Positions 36,101 to 49,535 of a DNA stretch of 64,000 bases are shown here, in pieces; positions within the stretch are counted from its first letter, which is position 1; the number at the start of each line of letters is the position of its first letter. The position numbers and the translations under genes are program-made. This stretch comes from Octopus vulgaris (lineage: Eukaryota), in the NCBI GenBank assembly GCA_951406725.2, contig OX597816.1:27218001-27282000 (forward strand), written 5' to 3'. The notes beneath the pieces were generated by a model. It was given only the letters and a program-made list of their open reading frames with translations. It made no database searches and was not told the origin of the DNA.

Positions 36101-36822
36101 ACTGTCTGACTCAGTGGTTTTCAACCAGGGTTCTGCGGAACCTTAGGGTTCCGCCAGTACAGTCCAGGGGTTCCGCAAGAAGTTACAAAACTGCTAAAAT
36201 CGGCAGTAATTTTTAATTCTCCTGTGCAGATATGTGTGCATAAGACAATTAAATTATTGCACAGGGGTTCCTCGAGCCAATGGAATGTTTCTTCGGGGTT
36301 CCGCTCCAGCAAAAAGGTTGAAAAGCACTGGTCTAACTCATATGAACATGAAACATGGACATTAAATGATGATGATGATGATGGTATACAAGGCATAGGC
36401 AACCTTTTTTCAAGAAGCATATTGCATCAGACAATGCAGACTACACTAAAAGAAAAAAGAAACTCCAAGGACCTATTTCATTAGTGTGCAATTCAGAAAG
36501 TCCTTCAGGCTATAGTTTGCCTGTGACTGATAGATGTGTGTGTGTGTATATTGTCTTTTGTATTTGCATTGACACTGAAGTTCACACAGTGAAAATACTT
36601 TACTAGTGTTTATATGGTGTATCTACCTACTTGACTAAGTATCTATCTACCATTCTCTTTTCTTTGCTTTGCAAGGTTTATATTTCTTAACGGTGTCAGT
36701 TATTCATCTCTGTCCCAGTTGGAGGACATCTGGGTAACCATTAAAGTTTTACCATCTGATAAATACTTGAATTAGTGTGACAATATCTTTATGCATTCAG
36801 CTAAAATAAATACCATCTCTCA

Positions 36823-36871
<49 letters not shown>

Positions 36872-39800
36872 GAAAAAAAAACACCTTTTATCAATTCAAA
36901 AGGAACAATTAAATTAAATTACACCATTTAGAAAATTACATATAATACAAAAATTAAAATAAAATAACAATAAAATGTCAAAGATTAAGTAAATTACAAA
37001 AAAAATAAAAACTTATCTCTCTCTATATAAACGGCAGTTAGTCTGTGCGTGTTTCTGTGTGTCTGTTTGCTTGTACCCTCACCCTGACCACGGCTTTCAA
37101 CCGATTCTGATGAAACTTGACACACACATAGCCCAATGTCATAATTCAAAACTAACATAGCGAAAATTTTGAAAAGTTACCCCAGTTCTGAAAAATATCG
37201 ATAAATTCGACATGGGGTCGAGAATCAGAAACACAAACCGCAAACTGTCTAGGGGACGTAACTCCACCTTTTTTCACTCTCAAAAAAAATTTACCATCAT
37301 TTTTTTCCATTTTTTTGCTATTTTTTGGTTATAACTCTCTAAAAAGGCTTTATAGTTATTTCCCTTACAAATCTGAGCAACGCCGGGCGATACTGCTAGT
37401 ATGATATAAAAGGTGGTTTTTTTCTAATTTTTTCTATATTTTTTCTATATTTATTATATTGTGTGAAATTTGATTTAGTATATCTAAATTGAATTTTTTC
37501 CTTGTAAGTTTGGATTTTATTCCCTCAAATAATAATTATATACATATATATTACTCTTTAGTTTGTAACACTAATTTAAATGAGTTTGTGTTTGTAATTA
37601 TTTATTTGCAGTATCACTGATATAAATGCACTGAAAGAATTATCTACAAAACCAAAATTTTCCCAGAAAAATCTAGACTTTGGTGGGTCTTGTGTTCTAG
37701 CAGTTCTTCCAAATCTAATGAACTTCATTCATCAAATTCTGTCCAAACGAGTGAGTCATCTCCAAATGAAACCTACAGTTACCTCTGAGGTAAGGAAATT
37801 CTCATGGGTTTATTTAGTTCATTTTTTTTTTTATTCATAGGAATGGTGCAACTTTACTATAGAATTTATTATAGAATTTGATGCTGACAAATGTTACTGT
37901 TGATAACAGCTACATATTTAATTATTCTAATTGTGAATATTGCTGTCATTATTTTTTTGCTGAAGACAGCTGCATCAAGAAGTGTCAATCTCTAATTGTG
38001 GAGGGTAGATCCAGAAATGTATGATAAAGTGGTGAGAAAGGATCTTCAGAGTTTGGGCCTCACAGAGGTGATGATAAGGGACCGAGACTTCTGGCAGTTT
38101 GCTGTGCTTTAGAAGACACATCAGGCTAAGTAAAATCATGGTTGTCCTTGCACACAGGCATGTCCCTTGCGTCCCTCTTCAGTTGAGTAATCCTAATCTT
38201 GCAGGCTTTAGGGTGCTGGTGCCATGTAAAAGCCCCCGTGCCAGTGCTGTCTAAAAACACCCATACACTCTGTAAAGTGGTTGGCATTAGAAAGGGCATC
38301 CAACTATAGAAAACATGCCAAAACAGACATGGAACCTGGGCAGCTCTTCAGTTGTCCAACCCATACCAGCATGGAAAACAAATATTAAATGATGATGACC
38401 AGCGTCGCCTTACTGGCACTCGAGCCCCGTGCTAGTAGGGTGTTAAGAGCACCGTCCGAGCATGATCGTTGCCAGAGTGGCTATCTGGCCTCCGTGCTGG
38501 TGGCACGCAAAAGACACCATTTGAGTGTGATCGTTACCAGCATGGCCTTACTAGCACCTGGGTCGGTGGCATGTGTAAAAGATTCGAGCAAGGTTGTTGC
38601 CAGTACTGCCTGACTGGCCCCGTGCCGGTGGCACGTAAAAGCACCCACTACATTCTTGGAGTGGCTGGCGTTAGGAAGGGCATCCAGCTGTAGAAACTCT
38701 GCCAGATCGAGATTGAAGCCTGGTGCAGCTATCTGGTCCGCCAGCCTTCAGTCAAATTGTCCAACCCATGCTAGCATGGAAAGCGGACGTTAAATGATGA
38801 TGATGATGACTTTACTGGGGCACTATCTTATCTTAACTCCAGATATTTTTTTTATTGATTTCTGAAAGCTGACAGGCGAAGTAGGCATTAATATTTAAGC
38901 TTGGTACATAAAGGGCTGTAACCAAATATCAGTGTGGTATTTGGATTATTGCTTTAGTCTACACTGTTATCCATTTGGTACTCAAACAATGTATAGACAA
39001 ATCTGTTAAATATATCTGTTTCTTTGTTTTGATAACTGATAGTTACTGATATCTAGTTTTGATTTATTAATAAATAGTTTCCTTTTCTACAGTGGTCAGT
39101 CAATGAAGAACCACCACACAATTCTTTAGAATGTTTGACTTTTGGTCTCAGGTCAGATGAGGAACATTGCTACAGTATTATGGAGAAAGGACCCCCGGCT
39201 GATCATCAAGATGTAAGTTTATTGAAATTCACTTTAAGCAATGTTTTATATTTATCACGTAAAAAACACCATCCGAGCGTGGCTGTTCGCCAGCCTCGTC
39301 TGGCACCTGTGTCCGTGGCACATTAAAAAAAACACCATCCGAGCATGGCCGTTCACCAGCCTCGTCTGGCACCTGTGTCTGTGGCACATAAAAAAAAACA
39401 CCATCCGAGCGTGGCCGTTTGCCAGCCTCGTCTGGCACCTGTGTCGGTGGCACATAAAAAACACCATCCGAGCGTGGCCGTTCGCCAGCCTCGTCTGGCA
39501 CCTGTGTCGGTGGCACATAAAAAACACCATCCGAGCGTGGCCGTTCGCCAGCCTCGTCTGGCACCTGTGTCCGTGGCACATAAAAAAAAACACCATCCGA
39601 GCGTGGCCGTTTGCCAGCCTCGTCTGGCACCTGTGTCGGTGGCACATAAAAAGCACCCACTACACTCACGGGGTGGTTGGCGTTAGGAGGGGCATCCAGC
39701 TGTAGAAACACTGCCAGATCTGACTGGCCTGGTGCAGCCTTCGGGCTTCCCAGACCCCAGTTGAACTGTCCAACCCATGCCAGCATGGAAAGCGGACGTT

Positions 39801-42652
39801 AAACGATGATGATGATGATGATGACTGAAGTTAGTTACTCAGCAATTCCATCAACATAAACAATAATTAATGTTAATATGTTTAATATAGTATTAATAAT
39901 CTGATTAAAAATCATAATTACTTCAGTGAATGGTTATTATTTAGTTATGTCTGCGAGTATTCTGAGCAGGTTTAATAAGTCATATCTGGCAAAATAGAAT
40001 AAAATTATATTGTAGTATTAGATACAAGTCCATTAAAGAAGCTTCCTGTGATAGCCACAAGGTTCTCTGAATCCATAACTTATTCTATTAATTTTGATTC
40101 CCAGACTGGGCCTTGTGTTCTTGAGTAAAACACTTAATTTTGCATTGAATTGCACTCGTTTCATCATCTGCCACGCGGTACACTGTGCACTTGTACAGGT
40201 AATGTCGATTTGATTGAGTGGGGGAGCATATCCAAACATTTGATCTCTATAAACAAATCATCTGTGTGGTTGTTCAGCAAGAAATTGCTGAACCCTCATA
40301 TGCCATCTGTCAATGGGAGAGTCCATGATATATCACATGATCACGTGACCAACCAGATCATCAGCTGTTGTTACACATCGCAGGTCACAATGCGTTCGCA
40401 TTGTTTTAGCCTTCGAATGACGCCACACCGCTGGCTAAGCGAGCAGGCCAACAGAAGAAAGAGTGGTGAAAGAGTACAGCAGGGATCACTAGCCCCTGTC
40501 GGAGCCTCGTGGAGCTTTTAGGTGTTTTCGCTCAATAAGCACTCACAACGCCCGGTCTGGGAATCGAAACCGCGATCCTGCGACCGCGAGTCCTCTGCCC
40601 TAACCACTAGACCATTGCGCCTCCACATACATATATATATATATATATATCATCATCATCATCATCATCGTCGTTTAACGTCCGTTCTCCATGCTAGCAT
40701 GGGTTGGACGGTTCGACCGGGGATCTGGGAAGCCAGAAGGCTGCACCAGGCTCCAGTCTTATCTGGCAGTGTTTCTACAGCTGGATGCCCTTCCTAACGC
40801 CAACCACTCCGTGAGTGTAGTGGGTGCTTTTTACGTGCCACCTGCACAGGTGCCAGGCGAGGCTGGCAACGGCCACGGTCGGATTGGTGTATTTTATGTG
40901 CCACCGGCACGGAAGCCAGACGAGGCGGTGCTGGCATCGGCTACGAGTCGGATGGTGCTTTTTACGTACCACCAGACCAGGGATCCTGGCTGGTTCAATT
41001 CGATTTCGATTTCGCTTGCCCCAACATGTCTTCGCAAGCAAGGGGGTTGGCATGGGTGCCTGTTGTACGGTCAGATTGGTGTATTTTACGTGCCACCGGC
41101 ACGGAAGCCAGTGGAGGCGGCACTGGAATCGGCCACGAGTCGGATAGTGCTTTTTACGTACCACCAGACCAGGGAACCTGGCTGGTTCGATTCGATTTCG
41201 CTTGCCCCAACATGTCTTCGCAAGCAAGGGGGTTGGCATGGGTGCCTGTCATACGGTCAGATTGGTGTATTTTACGTGCCACCGGCACAGAAGCCAGTGG
41301 AGGCGGCGCTGGCATCGGCCACGAGTCGGATAGTGCTTTTTACGTACCACCAGACCAGGGATCCTGGCTGGTTCAATTCGATTTTGACTTCGATTTCGAT
41401 TTCGATTTCGCTTGCCCCAACATGTCTTCGCAAGGCATGGGTGCCTGTCGTCGGATGAGGTTCTATATCGACTTCGCTTGCCTCAACAGGTCTTTGTGTC
41501 CAAGGGAGGAAAGGCATTCATAAGTGGGCTGGGCTCACTTGTCCTGCTTGGTCTTCTCACGTACAGAATATTTCCAAAGGTCTCGGTCGCTGGTCATTTC
41601 CTCAGTGAGGCCTAAAGTTCGAAGGTCGTGCTTCACCACCTCGTCCCAGGTTTTCCTGGGTCTACCTCTTCCACGGGTTCCCTCAACTGCTAAGGATTGG
41701 CACTTTCTCACACACCTATCTTCATCCATTCTCGCCACATGACCATACCAGCGCAATCGTCTCTCTTGCACACCACAACTGATGCCTCTTAGGTACAACA
41801 CTTCTCTCAAGGTGCTAACGCTCTGTCGAGTATGTACACTGACATTACACATCCATCGGAGCATACTGGCTTCATTCCTCACGAGCTTACGCATATCCTC
41901 GGCAGTCACGGCTCATGTTTCACTGCCATGTAGCATGGCTGTTCGTACACACGCATCATACAGTCTGCCTTTTACTCTGAGCGAGAGGCCTTTAGTCACC
42001 AGCAGAGGTAAGAGCTCCCTAAACTTTGCCCAGGCTATTCTTATTCTAGCAGTTACACTTTCAGCGCACCCACCCCCACTACTGACTTGGTCACCTAGAT
42101 AACGGAAGCTATCAACTACTTCTAGTTTTTCCCCTTGGAAAGTGACTGAAGTTATTTTCTGCAGATTTTCGGAGGTTAATGCTCCTGAGCATCTGCCACA
42201 TACAAAAACTATCTTCCCAGTTAGCCTACCTTTGACATTGCTGCACCTCTTATGTGTCCATAGCTTACACTGGGTACATCTTATAGAGTTTCTACCTACA
42301 CCTTTTCTACAGATCGAGCAGGGCCATCTTCCTGAAGACATTTGTGGATTGTCTACCTTCCTACTTATTAGTACTTTGGTTTTAGCTAGGTTGACTCTAA
42401 GGCCCCTCGATTCTAAACCCTCCTTCCACACCTGGAACTTCTCCTCCAGCTCTCATAGTGACTCAGCAATAAGAGCAAGGTCGTCAGCGTAGAGGAGCTC
42501 CCAGGGACAACCTGTCTTGAATTCCTCCGTAATTGCCTGTAGGACTATGATAAATAGGAGGGGGCTGAGTACTGAACCCTGGTGGACCCCAACCTCTACT
42601 TTGAATTCTTCTGTGTACATGTTGCTAACCCTAACCTTACTTACGGCATCTC

Positions 42653-42707
<55 letters not shown>

Positions 42708-43460
42708 GGTATTTATTTAAAACAACATTGGTGCATTTACTGAAAAAGTGTTTGTTGATCACTCAACCCAAAAGAGGAAAATAAAATGAACAGTTTTTTT
42801 TCTTTGAATATTAGGCTAAAGAATTCCAAGAACTTTGGTCAGGGAAATCAGAACTGAGAAAATTTAAAGATGGTACCATTTGTGAGGCTGTCATTTGGCT
42901 CACCAAACCAACTATGTACAAGAAAAGAACAATTTTTTATGAAATTATTTCTTTTATGTTAAATAAGTAAGTATTTTTAGTTGAAATTTCATGTAATTTT
43001 TAAATTTTATTGATTTAAAAAAAAATTTACATTTATTGTAAATCCAGTTTTGGCATTATTCCTTTATAAGTCTAAGAATTTGTTGATTTCTATTTCAGTT
43101 GTGTTGATCAGGTTGTGTATATCTTCTTACTCTGTGAGCACTTTATGAAACGGTAGCCAATTGTCTTTCAAATCATATTGTACCACCTTCTTAAAAGAAC
43201 TGGGTATTTAACCCTTTAGTGTTCACATAATTCTGCCAAAACTAATTCTTATTTATCCACGTTGTTTTGAATTAATCATGCATTATCTTGTATCAGGCGC
43301 AGGAGTGGCTGTGTGGTAAGTAGCTTGCTAACCAACCACATGGTTCCGGGTTCAGTCCCACTGCGTGGCATCTTGGGCAAGTGTCTTCTGCTATAGCTCC
43401 AGGCCGACCAATGCCTCGTGAGTGGATTTGGTAGACGGAAACTGAAAGAAGCCTGTCGTA

Positions 43461-43517
<57 letters not shown>

Positions 43518-44609
43518 TTGTGTGTGTCTGTGTTTGTCCCCCTAGCATTGCTTGACAACCGATGCTGGTGTGTTTACGTCCCCGTTACTTAGCGGTTCGG
43601 CAAAAGAGACCGATAGAATAAGTACTGGGCTTACAAAGAATAAGTCCCGGGGTCGATTTGCTCGACTAAAGGCGGTGCTCCAGCATGGCCGCAGTCAAAT
43701 GACTGAAACAAGTAAAAGAGTAAAAGAGTAGCTTTGAGATTTTGATGAGGTAGCTGTTAATTTTTAAAACGATATTGTAGGGTTGGTGTGAGAGACCAGA
43801 TATGGCCAGTTTGAACATAAAACAAGCAGAATACTTTTGGCCGGATATGGCCGATTTAAATGCTAAAGGGTTAAACATAAATATGTTATGACAGGATGGT
43901 CATGACTGGAACGCTTGATCTAAGCTCTATTGGGTCAGCTTGACCTGAGGCTTAACAACTAGTGTTTAAAAGTTACTATTTTAATTTCTTCTATAGTATA
44001 TATCAGTTGGTGATCCATTTTGCTGAAAATTACATTCACTGTATCACAAACAACAAGACATCATATTTATGAAGTTTATTTGGGAGTTAGTTATTGGTTA
44101 TAAACATTTCAAGTGGCATTAATTATTAAATGGCTGCTTTGTAGACACCTTGAAGATATGTGGCTATGTTAAGGCACTTTTGAAGAAGAATGATACTTTG
44201 GGTCACAAACTTGCTTATTTCCATAATGTTTATTGAACTAGTTTTGCCTTTCCCTTCTCTTCTAATTCTGTCAGCAATTTTCACCACACTGAATATTTAA
44301 GCATCATCAAAACCTTCATCACCATTTTTGTTTCCAGTGAAACACTTGATAATACTAAGATCTCCTCCTCAATCACTGATGGTTTATTAGCAAGTATATA
44401 CCAGCAATCCTGCTACAATTCTTTTTTAAGATCAAGCAGTCGCTTTTGGACTTACTTCCCTGGTGAGGAAACATGACTAGAGTTGTTATCCTTGCTATTA
44501 AAGACTGGAAGACTGGACTCACTCACTTCTGCATTCTGTATTCAAATTTCATTAAACTTCCAGGGGTATCTTCTGTGGGGTTTTTTTCACCCCACAACAC
44601 AAATTAATA

Positions 44610-44706
<97 letters not shown>

Positions 44707-44919
44707 CATGATGATTGCTCAACATTTTAAAACTATTGTAATACTTACAATGTTTAATAAAATGATGTAGTGTGAAACGATCGTACCAAATTACCGAAGA
44801 TATTCTTGTTGCTTAATTTGATTATAATCACTCCATGGATTTATATGGATAACACCATACAAAATTCTGGTGCATCTAGCTTAAGTACCATATTCATTTG
44901 AATCTAAATTTTGCTGAAC

Positions 44920-44977
<58 letters not shown>

Positions 44978-47900
44978 TAATCTATTTTTGTTCTATTTTT
45001 TTATTATACCCATTAGGCTTTAGAAAACAGTCCTTAGAGGGTAGAAGCTTTTCTTCAGTGTCAGGTTTTGAATGTTATTTCCATCTGTTTAGCTCCAGGT
45101 TACTCCTGATTGAGCAGACATTTGAACAAAGGTGTTGTAGGTTTTTTTCCCCATATTGGTATAGTATACATTAGACTGCTGTATCTAACGTATCCTTCCC
45201 TGTTTTAAGTTGCTTGCTTTATGGTAACTCTGCATATTTTACCTTGGTATTTCTATTTCCAATTTTTCCAGATATTTTTCTATTCCACCGAAAGCTATTG
45301 AATTTCCTGCAACTTGTATTGAATCCATCCTAACTCTTCCTAAAGAAGCTAGTCCAGAGGAGGATTACGGCACAGGTGAAGAAGCCAGCACTAAAGTAAA
45401 CCAAGCCTGTGATAAACTTAGGAAAATTATTAGCAACATTAAAATTACTGTTGATATCAAAGATATTCAAGGGATTTCTCCTGTTTTTCGATTTGCTGAG
45501 GTATGTCTCCAAACTTCCACTTTTACATTTTTACTTCTTTTGAACAAATATTCAGGATGTGGTGTTAGACTTTGCAATTTGTGCCTTTACTGGTTCCTCC
45601 ACAAAAGTGTGGTAGTCTTCCAGTGCTCATTGCTCATCCTGTAGACATGGCCAAACCAGTAGCCTGATATGCTAGACTTGGTCTTCAATGGTTGGCTACT
45701 GGTTGGGATTGTTCTCAGATGTTGTTGTTTGAGATTTGGTTGTGTAGAGAGACACCAAGGATCTGATGATGCCACATTCCAAACAAGTGCCTCAGATCAT
45801 TAATTAAAACAAAGGCTGTGTATTTCAACAGAGCTGAAGTAACAAAAAGATGGAGTCTTTGATAAAATGAAAATGTAAATTTTCTAAAAGGAAACTGAAA
45901 CAGAGCTGTGCCCGTGGCATGTAAAAAGCACCAACCGATCGTGGCTGCTGCCAGCCTCCCCTGGCACCTGTGCCGGTGGCACGTAAAAAGCACCCACTAC
46001 ACTCACGGAGTGGTTGACTTTAGGAAGGGCATCCAACTGTAGAAACACCGCCAGATCAGACTGGAGCCTGGTGCAGCCTCCTGGCTTCCCAGACCCCAGT
46101 CGAACCATCCAACCCATGCTAGCATGAAAAACGGACGTTAAACGATGATGATGATGATGATTATACTGTGTATTTAGTTGTTACTAGTCCGCATAATCAT
46201 TGTTTTCCACACCGGCATATGTTGGTTGGATTTTCTGAGGCAGTGTTTCCTATTGTTCCTGACCCCAACCCTTTAGGATCCTCTTGAAGCACAGAGGAAC
46301 ACAATGTTGCATTATCAAACCAGGATACATCATCATCATCATCATTTAACGTCTGCTTTCCATGCTAGCATGGGTTGGACGGTTCGACCGGGGTCTGGAA
46401 AGCCAGAAGGCTGCACCAGCCTCAGTCTGATCTGGCAATGTTTCTACAGCTGGATGCCCTTCCTAACGCTAACCACTCTGTGATTGTAGTGGCTGCTTTT
46501 TACGTGCCACCATCAGATACATCTGATATTATTTGTGATAAGGAAATATGTTATTGAAGAATAATAAGAATAAGCTGAGCAATATTTCTGTATGTCAGTG
46601 TCAGAATATGCAGATGGAGTCAATCCATATTACTAATACTTTTTTTTTTCCCAATGCAGGTTTTTAAATTAATTTTTTTGTTTCTTTTCTTGAGGTATTT
46701 CCTGCTCTTGGTTGTAGAGATTCACCAAATTGTTTGTCTCAGAAAAACAGAAACATCCCAAGTCCTGATCTTTGTCCTCATTATTGTCCTGTTGTCACTG
46801 GTAAGAAGTTTGTTATGCTTTATATATACATTTTATCATCATCATCATCATCGTTTAGCGTCCGCTTTCCATGCTAGCATGGGTTGGACGGTTCAACTGG
46901 GGATCTGGGAAGCCAGAAGGCTGCACCAGGCCCAGTCTGATCTGGCAATGTTTCTACAGCTGGATGCCCTTCCTAACGCTAACCACTCTGTGATTGTAGT
47001 GGCTGCTTTTTACGTGCCAGACGAGGCTGGCAAACGGCCACGGTCGGATGGTGCTTTTTACGTGCCACCGGCACGGAGGCCAGGCGAGGCTGGCAACAGC
47101 CACGATCGGATGGTGCTTTTTACGTGTCACCGGCACAGAAGCCAGTCGGGGCGGTGCTGGCAATGGCCACGTCCGGATGGTTCTCTTATGTGCCACCGGC
47201 ACTGGTATCACGGCTACAATTTCCATTGATGTCAATCGATTTTGATTTTGATTTTCACTTGCCTCAACTGGTCTTCACAAGTAGAGTTTTGTGTCCCAAG
47301 AAGGAAAGGTATGCATAAGTGGACTGGCTACATCCCAGGTAGAGGCCACAGGTTATGGTCTCACTTCTCCTGCCAGGTCTTCTCACGCACAGCATACTTC
47401 CAGGTGTTGTTTTAGCTTTGATGGAGCAGACCTCTGTTCAAAGATATTCTATCTGTGACCATCCTGTCTTGGAAGGGTGTTATGTAGGGCTACTACATAA
47501 TGTACCTTCTATCTAATGTCTCCTTCCTTCACTGTTTGTAAGACTGTGTGATTTGATAGAGATATAGTTGTTATTTCTAGTAAGTTGAGTTATGATGTAG
47601 AATACATCCTAGACGGTGGTGTAAGATACAAATGCACACACACAAACACACACACGCACACATGTATATATATATGTGTGTGTGTCTATGTATATGTATA
47701 TATATGTGAGTGTATACAACCTTCAACAAAGTAAGTCATGTATACAATTTGGACACATATCAGTACATAAACATACATTCACATGTACATACACATGTAC
47801 ACACACACACACAGACATGTCTACACACTTACCGAAATACTCACATACATACATACATACAATCGTATAGGCATGCACACATGCATATGCATGTACACGT

Positions 47901-49501
47901 ATGCATACGCACATACATATACACACACATACACACATATGAACTAACTGTTACTTTCTCAGATGCAGTACGGAATTTTATCAGTGATCAGGTCACGGTC
48001 TCAAAGCGCTGAAAATATTTTGGCAAATTGAATTTAAATGCTGAAGTGAATCTAACGGTTTTTGTGAGTTTAAATGGCTTATAAACACCTTCCACGCTGC
48101 AGTTACACGTCTGCTATAACCTCAGTCATATGTTAGTGGGACATAGTGGCCATACCTTCACCTACCCATTTTAGTGGGCTACCCACTGTATAGTAGTCAT
48201 ATCATGCATGTTATAACCCTAATCATTTATCACAATCACCTCGTGTTTGTGGTTTACTCAGCCACCATACAATGGTCACATAATGTCTGGCTCCCTGGGT
48301 AAATGCTAAAACACAGCCCATCAACGATGAATTTTCTGATATTTCTAAACCTAAACTTTTTGTTGTTCATTGCAGTTCTGTGTATGGTTGGAACACAAGG
48401 AAGGGATCCTCAAGATCTTGAGACGCTTTATCGTTTGAAGGCACTCTATCTCTTAGAACTAATGAAGAGTTTACAAAAGAAATTTAAACTTGTGATTTCA
48501 TATCATAAACAATATTTAGATATTCTGGTGGTAAGTAGTAAACTCTGTTTCCCTATTCTCTGATGATTCTTTTAGCTGTTATTGGAAATGAGGATTGGCA
48601 ATGAGAAGGGCAATCTGGCCATAGAAAATCTGTGTTCAGAAAATTCATCTATCTCATGTCAGCATGGCAAAGTAAACATTAAAATGATGATGATGTTGTA
48701 TGTATGCAAATACACACACTTGGCCCCTGGATACATTTAGAAAGTCCATTCTGTTGTGAGCATTCAGGCCAGGCCTTAAGTTAGAAGATATCTCCCAGTT
48801 CCAGTAATTTCAGGGACCTGTATTGGGTTATGGGCACTGCTTTATTTCTTGGCTAATGCAAAAAAAGAATCTGATGCAAAAACCATTCCTTAAACATAGG
48901 TTAAATTAGCTTCTTAATGAGAACATAGCGATAATGTTTAGAGAATTTTACCAAACATTTTCAATTTTTATAAATTCAGTTGAATTTTGGAATAATTCGT
49001 CTAATATAACTTTGAATTGTTTTTTTCATCTTTTATAGCATTATATGCAGAATTTATTCATGTTATCGTAATTAATGTACTGGACATCATAGGATTTAAT
49101 TTGAAATACCTATTTCTTTACTACCCACAAGGGGCTAAACACAGAGGGGACAATCAAGGACAGAGAAATGGATTAAGTCGATTACGTCGACCCCAGTGCG
49201 TAACTGGTCCTTAATTTATCGACCCCGAAAGGATGAAAGGCAAAGTCGACCTTGGCGGAATTTCAACTCAGAACGTAACGGCAGACAAAATACGGCTACG
49301 CATTTCGCCCGGCATGCTAACGTTTCTGCCAGCTCGCCACCACTAACTTAACTACATTTCTAATTAACCTGTTAATATCTGAATAATGATTTTCTGTAAA
49401 GAATGGATGATAGATGAGCTGAGGTTAACAATCAGGATCCTGAATGTATCTAAGGTCAACTTTTCAAACTGTTTCCTTTTTCTATTGGTATTTATGTTTT
49501 T

Positions 49502-49535
<34 letters not shown>

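Noticed and set aside
39229-41523. Multiple 100-255 aa ORFs ([21 protein letters not shown]...)
   Set aside because: Antisense translations of the RTE 3' UTR, recurring in more than 20 copies.
41913-41915. In-frame TGA in the RTE ORF as selenocysteine or an editing-restored Trp
   Set aside because: The element is 5'-truncated and has a second stop; ordinary decay is sufficient.
46525-46590. Possible intronic C/D snoRNA (gtgataa...ctga)
   Set aside because: Imperfect C box, too short, and no recognisable rRNA guide. I found no convincing snoRNA by eye in NOL6 introns.
47630-47940. His/Thr/Tyr-rich ORFs
   Set aside because: Translations of compound CA/TA microsatellite.
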